Origin: Nageia nagi
Taxonomy: Eukaryota; Plantae; Pinophyta
Reading direction: 5' to 3'
Assembly (NCBI GenBank): GCA_050084985.1
Contig: JBITNC010000002.1
Span: 4,526,001-4,590,000 of the forward strand
Length of the DNA stretch: 64,000 bases
The translations under genes and the position numbers were made by a program. The notes under the pieces are model-generated. The model had not been told where the DNA came from. It was given only the letters and a program-made list of their open reading frames with translations, and made no database searches. Of the stretch, positions 1 through 14,415 are shown one piece after another (the first letter of the stretch is position 1; every line of letters begins with the position of its first letter).

Positions 1-1530
1 ATGCTCCTTTTCTTTGTGGGTATCTTTTTTGAATATGGGTAATTTAGTAGAGAAATTCATTTATTGTTGGTTATGTTATTGAGGCTAAAGGTTTTGTTAT
101 TTGGGACTATTAAGTGGAGGCTTCGATAGTATCAATTGATGGTTTCTATTGGATTTCCTAGGTTGGTCTCTTTGTATTTGTATATCAAAATAGTTTTCAC
201 CTATAACTTCGAATATATCCTTAAATAAAGGTTCTATTATTTCCTATATAATGGGATTCAAGGAATATTATTATGTTCAAGGCCACTTAAAGGGAGCAAA
301 AAAAATTCTTAAAATATCTAAGTTATCTAATGGCATGAGGGGTAGGGAGAAGCTATGGGGTAATAAGTATTTAGTTTGTCCTCTCTTTCAATTTGCTATG
401 TTAGTAAGGATCATATTGTTGTCTATTCTGGGGGTAAAGGGTACTATCACTTATTCCATATTTTTTAGGGTTACCTCATCTACTTGTTATTAGATGATTT
501 CTATTATTTCTTCTATTATAGGGTAAGGTAAAGTTGGACAATATATCTCTATCTTGTCTTCCTATAGTATTCTTTAATATTGAGTGGTAAGGGACATAAG
601 TGAGAATAGTGTTTATAAATCAATGGTGAGTTCTCCTATTACTCTCCTAATCCATCAACAAATAGCATCAATTAATTGGGACAAGGTTTCTCTTCTTTGA
701 TCTTCATGGTACTAAGGTATAGGTTCGACAACATCAAGTTTTTGATTTTCAATCTCTATTTCTACAAGTTCCTCTATTCTATCTTTTGTTACTAGGTCTT
801 CAATATCCCTATTTGTGATCTCATATGGTTGGTCAATGAGAGGTTGAAATATATTTTCTAGTATACTATCAAATTAATTTGAATGTAATGCTCCTTTTGG
901 AGTCTTGGGTGAACTTACAAACAACCCAAATGAGTTGTCTTCATACTCATTTATATTTTTTTCTACAACTATGAATCCTTCTACAATATTGTCTCCCTCA
1001 TTGCGCACCACTATAATCAGTGGTGGTATTTCATCAATCGGTGTCCTGGTTCTCCACCAATTTAGATTCTATCCTACCCTTGATCATTCCTCCTTCGGTA
1101 TTCCACCCACTTTCCACATGGTCATGTATCGATTGGTGAACTTCCATTGTATCCTCATCTAAGTTTATTCCTAATAATAAACTTAGTTTTATATTCATAT
1201 CTATCTCCATCAATATCTTCTTCCATTCTCTATCCTTTTTTCATTTCTCTTGTAATTTATTGTCATAAAATCTTTTTAGTATGGATGAACTTACATTTGA
1301 ACTAGTTTCCTCTTCTTTCTTCATTGTCGTGTGATGCTCTCATTTTTTTTGAATATTACCAATTTCTCCTATTCCCTTCATATAATTTTCCCTTTCCAAC
1401 CATCACATATTTTCCCTAATGTACCCTTTACTTGCCCCATACTTATTCAATTAATCATCTTTCTTGCCATATTCCTCCCTACCCTCGGGTGTCTCCCCCT
1501 AGAAGTAGGAGAGAGCATTTGAGGTATCCC
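1..1530 (-). pseudogene. Decayed charged/coiled-coil ORF relic, probably the extra ORF of an LTR retrotransposon
   Basis: Minus strand is purine/Lys-Glu rich with many stops and resembles the relic at 20220-21420 in composition. No diagnostic motif seen. Confidence 0.3.
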
Positions 1531-2608
1531 ATTGCACAATCAAATATCATTTGCAAAATATTTTCTAAAAATATTTTCATAGGTCCCCTAAAAATTATTT
1601 TAAAAATATTTTTGTAGATCCCCTAAAAATTCCTTCTCTACCTACTTTCCATGACACCTAGTCTTATAATGTGAATTTGGTAGTGTAGGTGTATAAGTTA
1701 TTATGTACTCACTCATCAAATTTTTGCATCCAATACTATGTTCTTTGTTTTAGTTGTAGTAAGTTTTCCTTATACTACTTAATTTTTAGAATAAGAAAGT
1801 GTGTCTTAAATTCTCTCTATTTGGTTATTTATTTCAAAAATATATCTAAAAACTAGTAGAAAAAAGTCTTATACCTTTTATATTTGTAAAACAAATCAAT
1901 CAATTGGGCTTTATCATATCCTAGCCATTGAATAATCCACTTCCTAAAGTTTTCAATACCTTGAGAACCACTTTTGTAATGATTTTCATAAGAAAAGAAA
2001 AGGTACTTGCTTGTAACTATCACTTTGCATTCCATTAAACCATTGAATCCTCTAATTTGTAGATGTCCCAAAAATGGAACTATCGATCAATTGAATCAAT
2101 TGTTAGGGTTCTTATTTACAATCGAAAATCAATGGATAAATGAAATATGAGAACAAAAGCAAAGACAAATAGTTAAATATAAGAACAGAAGGTCAAGCCT
2201 TTTATTAATATTAATGAGATCAATTATAATTATATACTGATTACACATATAACTTTCACAACTTTGTCACATGCCCTTCCTCTCTATCCTCGCTTCTCCT
2301 CTTATTAGTCACATTCGATGGTTTAAGGAGTCATGTCCTTTCAATCAAAGTAGCCAACCATTAATGCTTCGTTAGTAATTACTAGTTAGAGTCGATTGAT
2401 TTAGATAATGAAATTCTCTCCTCCTAAAATTAGTTAAAGAGTAAACCTCTTCATAATTAATGCAAAGATGGGGAAAAAATATAATCAATATTCAATGATC
2501 TAAAAGCTTCACAAGAAGAATAGAAGAGTATTATTTTTTCTCTCTTTTTATTTTTCCTTTGTAAATATAATTACACTTCATTTAATTAAATTTTCAAAGG
2601 AGGGCATC

Positions 2609-3417
2609 TGTTAATACTTAATTTTATCCACCCTTAAGTGTAATTCTTAAGTTAGACTTAGTATTATATCATTATGTGTTATATATTATGATGGAACATT
2701 ACAAACATCTTCTCATGTACTTTTCTCTCTTTTTATCCAAGGTACCCCAAAGTTAATGCTAATCTCTAAACATGTATTACAAGAGTTTGATTTATTATAA
2801 ATGGAGGATTTATATACATGAGGAGGATATCAAATCTTTATCTTGATAGTCACACTCAACTACAACTTTTAGGTGTTCTTCAACACCTCCTGTTGAGATT
2901 GAGATTTGATATCACATGAGCTTTATCATTCTGCTATTTGCTATTATATGCTAGATTAGGCTTGTCAATTATTATACTATTATTGGATCTTAGTTAAGAA
3001 TGCTAAGTTACAAGGATCTTAGTGTGAACATTACCTTGAGTGCAGATGCCATACTTAGTGTGGGCATGGATGCTAGCACAAATATAGATCATTTTATCTT
3101 ATTTGATTTCAAAGCTTTACATTTTGAGATCTACATTATTGATAAGTTATGATTTGCATATCATTTTGGTTTTCAAGGTAAGGTGATAAGTATTTATCTT
3201 TCAAAATCATTTTTTCACTAGAGTTGGTTAATTGTTGAATAGATTTGATCTAATAAGCTAAGTCTTTTGTTTATATATTTACATACATGTTAAAGCACTT
3301 TAGATTATTATTATTATTTCATTGCTATTATTTTATGTATTAAGCATCATTGAATGTGAGTGTTTTAACTTAATATCTACCTAGGTTAATCTTAGGAGTA
3401 ACTAAAAACATTCAACA
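2609..3417 (+). mobile_element. 3' LTR of a gypsy element, related to the LTRs at 3429 and 8436
   Basis: PPT AAAGGAGGGCATC precedes TGTTAATA. It ends AAAACATTCAACA and shares the CTACCTAGGTTAATCTTAG tail with 3429-4253. Confidence 0.75.
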
Positions 3418-3428
3418 CCTAGCCTCCT

Positions 3429-6400
3429 TGTTGACACCTAAAAGTGGTCCCCTTAACATGATCCCATTTAGGTGCAACTTTGCATACACATTTAATCATA
3501 TTTTACCTTTATTAAATTAATATTATGTCATTTCATTATATTAATATCATATTATATCATATATGTTATGTTGGTCCACTTAAGACACCTCTCATGTAAT
3601 CTTTTCTTTATTTGTGCAAGGTATCCCAACACCGGTGCTAGTCTTTATGTGGAGGTACTCTTTAATATTTAACTATAAGTATGATTACATGGGAAAGCAT
3701 ATAGATTTTATCTTGATATTCAGTACCTACTTTTAGGTATTTCTCAACATCACCTATTGATATTGGGATCTTATTATCACTTGAGCATATCTTTCATTCC
3801 ATCTTTCATAATTATATATTTGGCTAGACTTATTGACATTTTGTTGTACATCGACTCTTGGTGGAAAACTCTACTCATCATGAACCCTATCACTCATGCT
3901 TCCATGCACTCTTGTGCTACTATTTTTGGACCAGCACCCATGCTAGCATGCACACCCATGTTGATATTCTTGTTGCTATTATTCATGGGGTTCACACATC
4001 AAGGTCATCTCTCTTCAATAAGCTCAGTTTGCATATAATCATCTTCTTCTAGGTAAGGATTTACAAGTATGTAGCTATCCCTTGATCCCTTTATTATTAA
4101 TGAATTAGTGTTATCTTGATCCAATATTATGAGTATTTTCTTTATTAACTTCCATTTTGTTATACTTCAAATTATTGTTATTATGATTGAATGTTAATGT
4201 TTAGCATAGTTTCTACCTAGGTTAATCTTAGTGGTCACTCAAAACATTCAACATATTGGCACCCATATTTCATAGCATTTTCATATCTTAATTAGGGTTG
4301 GAAAGTGTTGCTCATATGTACTTTGAATTTTTTTTTAAACTAGGTTTTCCATTTTTAGGGCATCATATTTTTTGCGGAATTTTTCATAAGAAGCCTTAGG
4401 TTTTTCTTGGTTTTTGTTTATCCTAATTTTTTACAAATTTAGAAACTCCTATTGCTTTTAAATTATTGAAAATTTGAAGGTAATTTTATTTTGTAGAATT
4501 TTATTTTTTATCAAAACCCCTTATTTTGAACCTAATTCCTGAAAATTTTATGCCTATTTATGCCCTATAAATTTGCCCAAACTTTATATATTCATGATAA
4601 ATAATTTTTAAAAGGTGTGATCATGTTTATTTGCATGTATTTTTATGAGATTTTGAGTTGAAGAATTTTTATGGAATTTCATTTTTGCATAAAACCTTAG
4701 ATTTTGAGCAAAATGTTTAAAGATTTGGTGGTTGTTTAAGCCTTAAAGTTTTGCCTAAACCCTATATATTTATGATAGAAAAGTTTTGAAAGGTGAAATT
4801 CAAATTATTGCATGCATTTTTCTGAGATTTTTGGTTAAAAAAGTATTTTTGTAGAAAAATTCAAATTTTCAAGCTTATTCTAGTCGCTTGGGTGTGTTTT
4901 TACAATAGAAAATCTTATCCCACCTACATATATTTCATATTAGGATATTTTGATGATTTTTGAAGTTCATATTTTGCATAAGTAGCATATTTTTGGGTTA
5001 ATTTTTGTCAACCAAAAATCCCTAGGTTTTTAAAGGTATTTGATATATAGTTCTTTAAGTGTGATAGATATGGAAACATTATTAGAACAATTTAATGCTA
5101 GCACTAACATTAGGGGAAGCACCCACACCAATATCAGTGTCAACATTGGTAATAACATGTCCAATTTAGGTACCTTCACAAATGAAGAATTCAAATAGCT
5201 TGAATTTGAGGTTGCAAAGCTTGGAAGCAAATTTAGAAGTAGTTTAGGTTGTATAGAATACAAAGGTAGTCCCTTCAGTATGGAGATTTGCAATGCTATC
5301 CTCACCAGAATAGATAAGGAACTTGAATTAGAAAAAGGTGATGGAGAATCAAATATTCATTTGCAAGGATATGAATATGTCATGGAGTTAATATGTGGAC
5401 TCAATGCTCAATTAAAGGTTACATATTTCCTTTGAGTTGATTGGTGATGCAAGAAAGTGGTTTCATAGTTTGGCACCTGCTTCAATTACTTCTTTTCAAC
5501 AACTAAAAAATGAGTTCAAAATGAACATCCAATGCAATATTAAAAAACTTATTGATTTAATAGACTTGATACACTATAATCAAGGTCAATATGAAATGTT
5601 AGAAAAGTTTTTGAAAAAGTATGTGAAGATTTGGATATCAATACACCAAAACATGGATGAGGAATTTGCCGCAAAGATATTTCTTGACAACATTAACCTT
5701 ATTATTGGTGAAAGAGGTCTTGATTATGTTACATGCTTATTGAGAAAGAAAATTTCTTTTTACAGTTTGGTCAACTTAAGTATACATCTTCTAGTAAGGA
5801 AAATCATAAAAATTCATACCAAAGGAATGAGAATCATCAAGTATAATGGTTGAACCAAATACACATGTAGAAGAAAAGGAACCTTTCTACAAGCTCCCCA
5901 TAGTTCCCCCCACAAATGTTCAAATATTGTTTAGAAAAGGGATTGATAGAACCTAAAATGGGAAGAGAATATGGTGAAGATGAAAAGAAGCCCCATTGGT
6001 TCAAAGAGAATACTCATTGTTTATATTATTAGGTCCAAGGCCATTCCACTAATGGGTGTGTTGAAATGAAGAAGAAGTTACATCAGCTTATAGAAAATGG
6101 ACAAGTTAATTATTTTACCAAGGAGAAATCTAATAATGAAACTATAGCATAATTCAATGATGAAGGATATAACAATATGGTCAACATGGTTTCTCTTGAT
6201 GAAGATTGTGTCCAAGCACAATAAGGTAAGAAGGGAGGTAAGACTAAACCCTTTTGTGATCATCATTATTTTATGATAAAATTAGCATATATGATTTATG
6301 CATGAAATATGATTATCATAGAGAAATTATCCATACTATTTTCAAGAATTGGGTTATTGATGCTAATATTACCATAAGTGTTTTTGGAAATATATTTACA

Positions 6401-9223
6401 ACTTTTATACATGTTAGATCAATACAATCAGAATATGATGCATCCCTTACTCAAAATGTTGAAAGTGACTATGAATTTGATATAGAAGAGAAAATTGAAG
6501 ACATCAACAAAATAGTCAACATGGTTATCTTTGATGATGAAGATGCTAAATAATAATAAGTATAGGAAGAAAAATTTGAATAGGAAAGCATGAAGACATA
6601 TTAGGATGCAGAGGAAGATACCTCTTTAGTTAATCAAAACCCAAAACCAACCTTGGATATTGAATTTTTGCACTAAGGGAAATGTTTGAGGTAGTCATAG
6701 ATTGAGGAAAAGGGCAAGTTTTCCAAGAAGAAATACTCACAAATGTCTAAATAAGGTCAAATCAAAGGAACATGCTTGTTTACATCATTTTGCTAAAGAT
6801 TAAAGAAAGAAATCTTCATGCAAGGGGAATAAACATCAAAGGTGCACTTTGTAATAACACTCTCTAGGTAATGTTTCCCATATTTTTCATATATTTTAGG
6901 CTTGCATTCTTATATATATTAGTTATGCATTTTCATATAGACTAAATTGCATCATGCATTGCATAGAACCCCTTTGTTGGTTGGTGACATAATTAACCAT
7001 CACTTGTTCCCTTTGTTGGTTGGGGATATAATTAACCATAATGTCTCTATGTTTTCATATCTTTATGTTTATATGGTCAAGTTGTTATATTTATGTCAAA
7101 CATATTGTCTACTAGTCTATTTGTGGTCAAGTTTATCAGTTTAGTGATGGTTTTTCAAAGGAATTCATACATGGCATGGTTCAGGAAATCTCACAAGGAT
7201 AGACATAATGGTTTTTAGTTCACAATGGATTCATTAAAATGTTTCAAAAGCTTATTATCAATAATTTCATATGATAAAATGCATAAGTAATCCAATGCCC
7301 ATGTTGGGCCATAGTATCAGTTTATACTCTATCTTGGGGGTATTACATCAAGGATGTAAAGCTTATCTCCCTTAAGATCCTTATCTCTCATATACTTGAC
7401 TTATGATCTTTGCTTACACACTATGTTTATTTTGATCAAATATTGTTATGCTCTTGTTATGATCACTTCATTATAACAACTTTATGATCACTCCCTTTGT
7501 TGGTTTTGGAATTAACCATCACTTTATGATAATTGTTATGATCCTTTTATTATGATAATTTGGGTATTATGTATCTATATTATGACATAAATTTTTGTGA
7601 TATTATAATTTAACATATTTAAGATTTGTATTATTTTTGGAAGATATTATTTCATTTGAATCTCAAGAAAAATACAGAACTACTTTCCTTAGGATCCTTA
7701 GCATCCACGCTAATAACAGTGATCGCACTAGCATTAGCATTCACACTAGGCCTTTCACATACAAAATAGTCATTAATGGTAAGATCAGGTATCATTATCT
7801 AAATCAACCATTATTCATAATCAATCTTTATGTTCATACATTTACATTTTAGAATGGGGCATGTACGTCATGATGATGTTGACATGTCTTATTATGATCT
7901 TGTATGTATTAATCCAAGAATGAAACATTAGATATTTTTGTGATGATATGTATCTATGAATAGTATATTTGGTACTTTCATGATAATATATATATTTCAT
8001 CCTTTCTCTATCATTGCTATATCATTTATGATGAAATGTTATGCATTTATGATGATTTACCCTATTTATCATTATTATAGCTTTCATGAGTTAACCATCA
8101 CTTTATGATCACCTTATGATAATTGTTATGATCTCTTTATTATAATATACTCTTTTTTAATAATTGTAGCATTATAGATTACTATTATGACATAATTTTT
8201 CCTTATCTAACATATTCCTTAAGACATATATATTTTGGAAGATGTTTTCTTTCTTTCTTTTTTAGGTTATTCTTTAATCTTGATTGATTCTACTTCATGC
8301 AAGCCATTCCATCTCACAAACAAGACAAAGAGGGCCAATATACACCACAAATCCTTGATGATTAGATGGTTCCATGCTTTGCAATCATAATATCATTTCA
8401 AGATTCAATATTATACTTACAAAGGGGGGGGCATCTGTTGATACCTAAAAGTGGTCCCCTTAACATAGTCCCATTTAGGTGCAAATTACATACACATTTA
8501 ATCATATTTTACCTTTATTACATTAATATTATGTCATTTCATTATATTAATATCATATTTTATCATATATGTTATGTTGGTCCACTTAAGAAACCTTTCA
8601 TGTAACCCCAACATCGACGGTAGGCTTTATGTGTAGGTACTCTTTCGTATTTAAAGGTAAGTATGATTACATGGGAAAGCATCAAGATTTCATCTCAATA
8701 ATCGATACCTAGTTTTAGGTATTTCTCAATATTTCCTATTGAGATTGAGATCTTGTTATCACTCAAACGTATATATCATTCCATCTTTTGCAATTATATG
8801 TTTGGCTCAACTTATCAATATTCTATTATACATTGACTCTTGGTGGTGAACTCTATTCATCAGGAATCCTAGTGCCCATGCTCTTATAGGCACTTGTGCT
8901 ACTATTTTTGGACCTAGCACCCACACTAGCATGCATTCCCACACTAATCTTCTTCCTGTTTTTGTTCATGGGGTTTGCACATCAAGGTCATCTCTCTTCG
9001 ATAAGCTCAATCTACATATAATAAACTTCAAGTAAGGATTTATATGTATGTAGCTATCCCTCAATCCCTTTCTCATTAGTGCATTGGTTTTATCTTGATC
9101 CAATATTATGATTATTTGCTTCATTAACTTCCTTTCCATTATACTTTATATTGTTGTTATTAAAATTGAATGTTAATGTTTAGCATAGTTTGTACCTAGG
9201 TTAATTGTAGTTATCACACTCAA
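3429..9223 (+). mobile_element. Non-autonomous (gag-only) Tat/Ogre-like gypsy LTR retrotransposon
   Basis: LTR1 3429-4253 (TGTTGA...TCAACA), followed by PBS-like TGGCACCCA. PPT AAAGGGGGGGG at 8421 precedes LTR2 8436-~9223, whose last bases are missing. Gag relic inside; no pol motifs seen. Confidence 0.85.
5070..6115 (+). pseudogene. Decayed retrotransposon gag
   Basis: LIGDARKWFHSLAPASITSFQQLKNEF capsid-like motif, then a knuckle HCLYY*VQGHSTNGC..KKKLHQLIENG. Has stops and frameshifts. Confidence 0.8.
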
Positions 9224-10009
9224 GAGATAATATTTTCTACTTTAGTTATAGAATATTGTGGCAAAAATTAATCTCTTTCATGCTTTTGTCTCTTTGACCT
9301 TGCTTTATGGAAGTGAAGTTTGAGGACCTAGCTTGAGATACTATGGTTGGTCCTACATCGAGAGGGTTTTGGTCAATATCACTAGATAAAAAATGGGCTT
9401 TAAAGGTGGGTAATTTGAGATGGTTATATGGTGGGGATTTAAAATTGCTTGTAATTATAGTTTTAATGGTGATTTTTTTGGGGTAGCTAAATTTTCCCAT
9501 AAAATCCTTAAGAGATAATTTGAAATTGCCCCTCAAGAAACCACTCGCAAAAAGATGAAAAATAATGGAAAGGTGTGGGCAACAAGAAATAAATTTATTA
9601 TGCAAGTAGTTTTTATGGGGTAGTTTTAATCCACCCCCAAACAACATAGGGAGGTGGGTTTAAACTATCCCTCCATATCAAACAAACAAAATAAAAAGAA
9701 TCCCACACATGGAAATACAATCCACTTGCAAAACTTTTGAGCAAATTTTACTATGGTGTGGTGATGGGGTAGAAGAGAAGGGAGGAAAAGATACAAAATA
9801 GAGAGGTGAGGTATTTATTTGCAATTTCATTGTGAGGATAGAGAAGAAAAGGAGAGAGAATAGGAAAGGAGAGGTGAGGTATTTGGTTTACAATTCCATG
9901 GTGAGGGTAGAGAATATGAGAGGAGAGGAGAGGAAAGGAGAGGTATTTTTTTGAAATTTATATCAAGCTATATAAGAGAAGAGGCAAGGTATTTTATTTT
10001 CAAGATTTA

Positions 10010-10730
10010 TGCAAGCAAGTATTCTTCCATATTTTGCATTTTTCAAAAAATCCATTTTATGTTCTTGTTGATAATGAAAGTTTGTTTGCATCATGCATCT
10101 TGTAAAACAATTCTTAGGCCTTGTGTATTCTTCCATATTTTGCATACACATCTTAGGGAATTTTTTAGAAAACCCATTTTACATGTATCATGAATCATTG
10201 CAAACCATGAAATTATGTTTGCATCATATATCTTGTTAAATAATTCTTGATCCTTGTGTATTATTCCATACTTCTCATACATATCTTAGGGCCTTTTATA
10301 GAAAACCTATTTTGTGCATACCTTTTATATAAAACCTATTTATGTGTATATTGAAGTAATTGTAGACCATGAAACTACATTTACATCATACATCTTGTCA
10401 AATACATTTTGGGCCTTATATATTCTTCCTTTTTTTTCATACATGTCTCAAGTAATTTTTCTAGAAAACCTATTTTATGTTTATCTTGAAATCATTACAT
10501 ACCATAAAATTATGTTTGCATCATACATATTTTCAATCAATTCTTAGTTCTTGTGTATTCTTCCACATTTTGCATACATGTATTAAGGCCTCTTTCAAAA
10601 AAATCATTTTTTTTGTTTCCTATATTCATTGCAAATCATGAGTATGAGCATGATGCATCTTGTCAAGCATCATACATACTGTCAAAAAATCTTGAGAATC
10701 ATGTATTCTTCCATATTTTGCATACATTTC
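10010..10730. repeat. Degenerate ~120-bp tandem repeat inside the CACTA
   Basis: Recurring GTGTATTCTTCCATATTTTGCATAC and CATCATACATCTTGTCAAATAATTC blocks. Dispersed copies near 11180, 11390, 13400, 13850 and 30150. Confidence 0.7.
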
Positions 10731-11517
10731 TTAAATACAATGTTAAACCTCCCCTCCCCCCATAACATCATAGTCATGATTAGGTCATTTTAATTAAGAA
10801 TAGCCATAGAATCATGTTAAAAAAAACCCACAAAATTACACTCATGATTAGGGTATTTTAATCAAGAATTAAATTACAAGGAGTAAGCTAGATAAACCCT
10901 AGAAAAAATATCTTAGGATGCAATAATGTCGATAGCCTACATAGCTAAGAAAGTAAGCAATGCATGATTAATGATTCATATGAGAAATAATGCAATAAGA
11001 TTCCCTCATGATACTAACTTATTTATATCCCTCATCCACTACACCTATGTGATTGCATGCGAGTAGAACATATACAAAGGTTAAGTTGTTAGGGTTTGTT
11101 CCCAAGTGTTTCATCATGTCAAGGAGTTTAAGTGCATCCTTATTCCATGAATTACATATCCTCTAATCATTGTATTCGATGAAACTATTTTTACATCATA
11201 CATCTTGTCAAATAATTCTCGAGCCTTATATATTATTTCCTTATTTGCATTCATGTCTTATGTAATTTATCCCTTTTTTCATACATGCATAATGATTCAT
11301 CCTAAAAATAATGTAATAAATCTACTCATAATATTAAAGGATATACATGCCTCATATGCTATACTTGCATGGTATTAAACAATGTTTGCATTATGCATCC
11401 CATCAAACAATTATTGGGCCTAATGTATTATTACACATTTTGCATCCGTGTATATCATGAGATTTACTTTATGATTTTTTGAGGCTATCATCTCTCATAG
11501 TTGATATGTTCACTTAT

Positions 11518-12507
11518 GGGTAACTGCAAAAATATGAGTCCCACTTTGGAGAAAGTCTTATGAACTGCTAAATTTTTGTATTTGTTTAATAAATTTTTAG
11601 TTTTTTTGAATTATGAAAAACAAATATATGTGCACAATATGCATATAATTATTCATAAGTTAAATAAAAAATAAATTAAAGATGATAAGTTGTATTCAAA
11701 TTATGCTTGTTGTACACGAGCATTTTTTAAAATGATAATCATGGCCAATAAAAATTAATAAGAAATAAAATATTCATGAAAAAATATAAAAAATATCCTC
11801 CACAATTGTTATTTTCTTAGGTATCTTTAACCAAAAGTATTTAAAAAAATATTTTAATTTAGGTCTAATTATGCTTGATGGACACGATGGGTATGGTCCT
11901 AAAATTGTATTTTTTAAATAGTGGGTTTTATGTTTATTTAATAACTTTTTATTTTTTTAGAATTTTCAAAAAAATAATATATATGCACAATATGCATACA
12001 ATTATTCAAATTATGAAAAAAAACAAATTAAAAATGATAATTTTATTCAAATTATGCTTGTTGGACACAAGCAATTTTTGAAATGGTAATCATGGTCAAT
12101 AAAAAAATTATAACAAATAAAATATTTATGAAAAAATTACAAAAAAATATCCTCCACAATCTTTAGTGTCTTAGGTATATTTTCCCAAAAGGATTTTGAA
12201 ATATATTTTAATTTAGGTCCAATTATGCTTGCTGGACACAATGGGGTTATGGTCCTAGAACTGTATTTTTTAAATAGTGGCTTTTAAACATGCCTATCAA
12301 ATATTAATTTCTATCATATGGGTATTAGAATAAATTACATATTTGAAAAATAAAATTTGATAACTAAATTTTTACCTAATTGACCTTTCTCAAGAATTGG
12401 ACTTTAAGTACTTTAAATTTTGAGATCAATTATGATAAAATCTATAAATTAGGGAAAATACTTCCACTTTTTGGCCAAAAGTGGGACTCATCTTCTTGCA
12501 CTTACCC
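11518..12507. mobile_element. 990-bp non-autonomous TIR element with GGG...CCC termini and a 4-bp TSD TTAT
   Basis: Left GGGTAACTGCAAAAATATGAGTCCCACTTT; the reverse complement of the right end is GGGTAAGTGCAAGAAGATGAGTCCCACTTT. TTAT at 11514-11517 and 12508-12511. Contains an internal ~355-bp tandem duplication (~11575-11929 / 11930-12287). Confidence 0.85.
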
Positions 12508-12511
12508 TTAT

Positions 12512-12790
12512 CCATGATGTGGATAGGTATAATATGATCATGGATAAGTTCATCCAATTGGAGAAGTTTCAATTTGCACATGTTTGGATTTGCAAAGCCA
12601 AGTATCACATGAAAAATTTGGAGATTGCCAAAGCTAAACAATGTTGTAAGAAGGATTTTGAATAACTTTATGTTATAATTGATGAATAAGTTTTTTCCTT
12701 TATTTACTTTGAGGAATATTGTGAAAAATTATTTTACCACTTAAGAAGAAAGTTCTTAAATAAAGAGAGATCCATATCCATTCACATGAT
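12512..12790 (+). pseudogene. Possible CACTA transposase C-terminal (DUF4216-like) relic
   Basis: Weak similarity in KFQFAHVWICKAKY...DFE*LYV..DE..FP...EE.CE..FY, and it lies inside the CACTA. Confidence 0.3.
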
Positions 12791-14295
12791 GAGAAAAGAT
12801 GTTATTAAGATGTAACATAATTTTGTCTTTCTAAGCCCTATGGTGGTATAGAATATTGTTGAAAGAGGTCACAAAGAATTCTTTTATGCATGAAAATTTT
12901 ATTATATGATGTATATCAATTTATATTACAATTTTGATATGTAACTTCATAATTCCTATACAAATATGTAAGGGTAATGGTCCATGTTAATTGCTATTAT
13001 TTTATGTCATCAAATGATGTTAATTATGTGCACGTAATGATTTTAACATAAATTTTAAATTACTATTTGTATAAGCTATTTTATTCAATTATAATTAAAT
13101 TCTATTTATACTTACCTAATGCTTACTTCCATACTATTTTATTTCTCAATGTTGACATGTGTTTGTAGTTATAAATTGCTAGTTTGATAAGTTGGACATC
13201 ATTCTTGACTTACTTTGAATAACTAGATAGGAATCAACAAAGCACCTAAATTCTATAATATTTAGTGTTTTAAGTATTCATTTAAAATTTGATGTGCAAA
13301 CTTCAAACATTTAATGCCATAGAAAGAGAGTACAATGAGATGTGCACTAGATTCAAGAAACATATATAATATGGAGATTATTTATAATTAAAACGGCTAT
13401 CCCATGAAACTATTTTTACATCATGCATCTTATTAATATGCTTATCTTTGTACTTCATTAGATCAAAGTTGAATATAATCCTTATTGTATATCCTCCAAT
13501 AATTACAATCCATGAAACTATGTTTGTATCATGCATCTTACATATTTTACATATATGTGTACTTAACGCTTGATCATATAGGTATTCTTTATCTTTTGAG
13601 AATAATCATAGGTCATATTTAAATCTTATTATATTTATCTTTTTGTTCATGTTCTATCTATATTTCATAATCATATATGTCCAAAAATGGGGCCCAAAAG
13701 CTTATTTGATTGTTATAACAAACTTGTTAGAAAGTGGAAAACATATTGAGGATTTCAAGTTTTTCAATTATACATAGGTAAGTAGGTAAAGGAGAGGAAA
13801 GGCAAGGTGAGAAAATTAAAGGTGATAATGCAACAAGTATTCTTACATATTTTTCATACATGTAATCTTGTCAAATAATTGTTGTGCCTTATATTCTTCT
13901 ACATTATACAAAATACATGTCTATAATTATGATCTACAATTATGCTAATACAAAAGCATGTTTTTATATGCATTATTTCATTTCTTATTTTGTCATATAA
14001 TTCCCAATCCTTGCATTTTATTTCAAATTTTTACAATTATATGCTTATAATCATGCCATTGTTTCTTATAGTCTATAAGTGCATAAATGATTTCAATTTG
14101 GTTGAAGACATGCTAGAGAACTATCTCTAAAATTCACACTTGATATTTAGAAGTAAGAACACATACAAATGTTATAACATAGTGGTTTTTGATATTTAGA
14201 AAATATTTTGGTTGGACAATTGTTTTCCTTATTCAAGTAAATTTTTAGGCACCATTTTGAGACATCTTTTGAGCTTTATGTATACAATTGATGAA

Positions 14296-14415
14296 AAAAT
14301 ATGTTCTTTAATTAACCTCAAGATTGTCACTATCCTCCCTTATGATGAACCTTTCAAAATATGTTCTTTAATTAACCTCAATATTGTCACTATCCTCCCT
14401 TATGATGAACCTTTC
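14296..14415. repeat. 60-bp tandem duplication with one mismatch, in the Athila-like 3' LTR
   Basis: 14296-14355 versus 14356-14415. The other LTR has only one copy. Confidence 0.9.
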
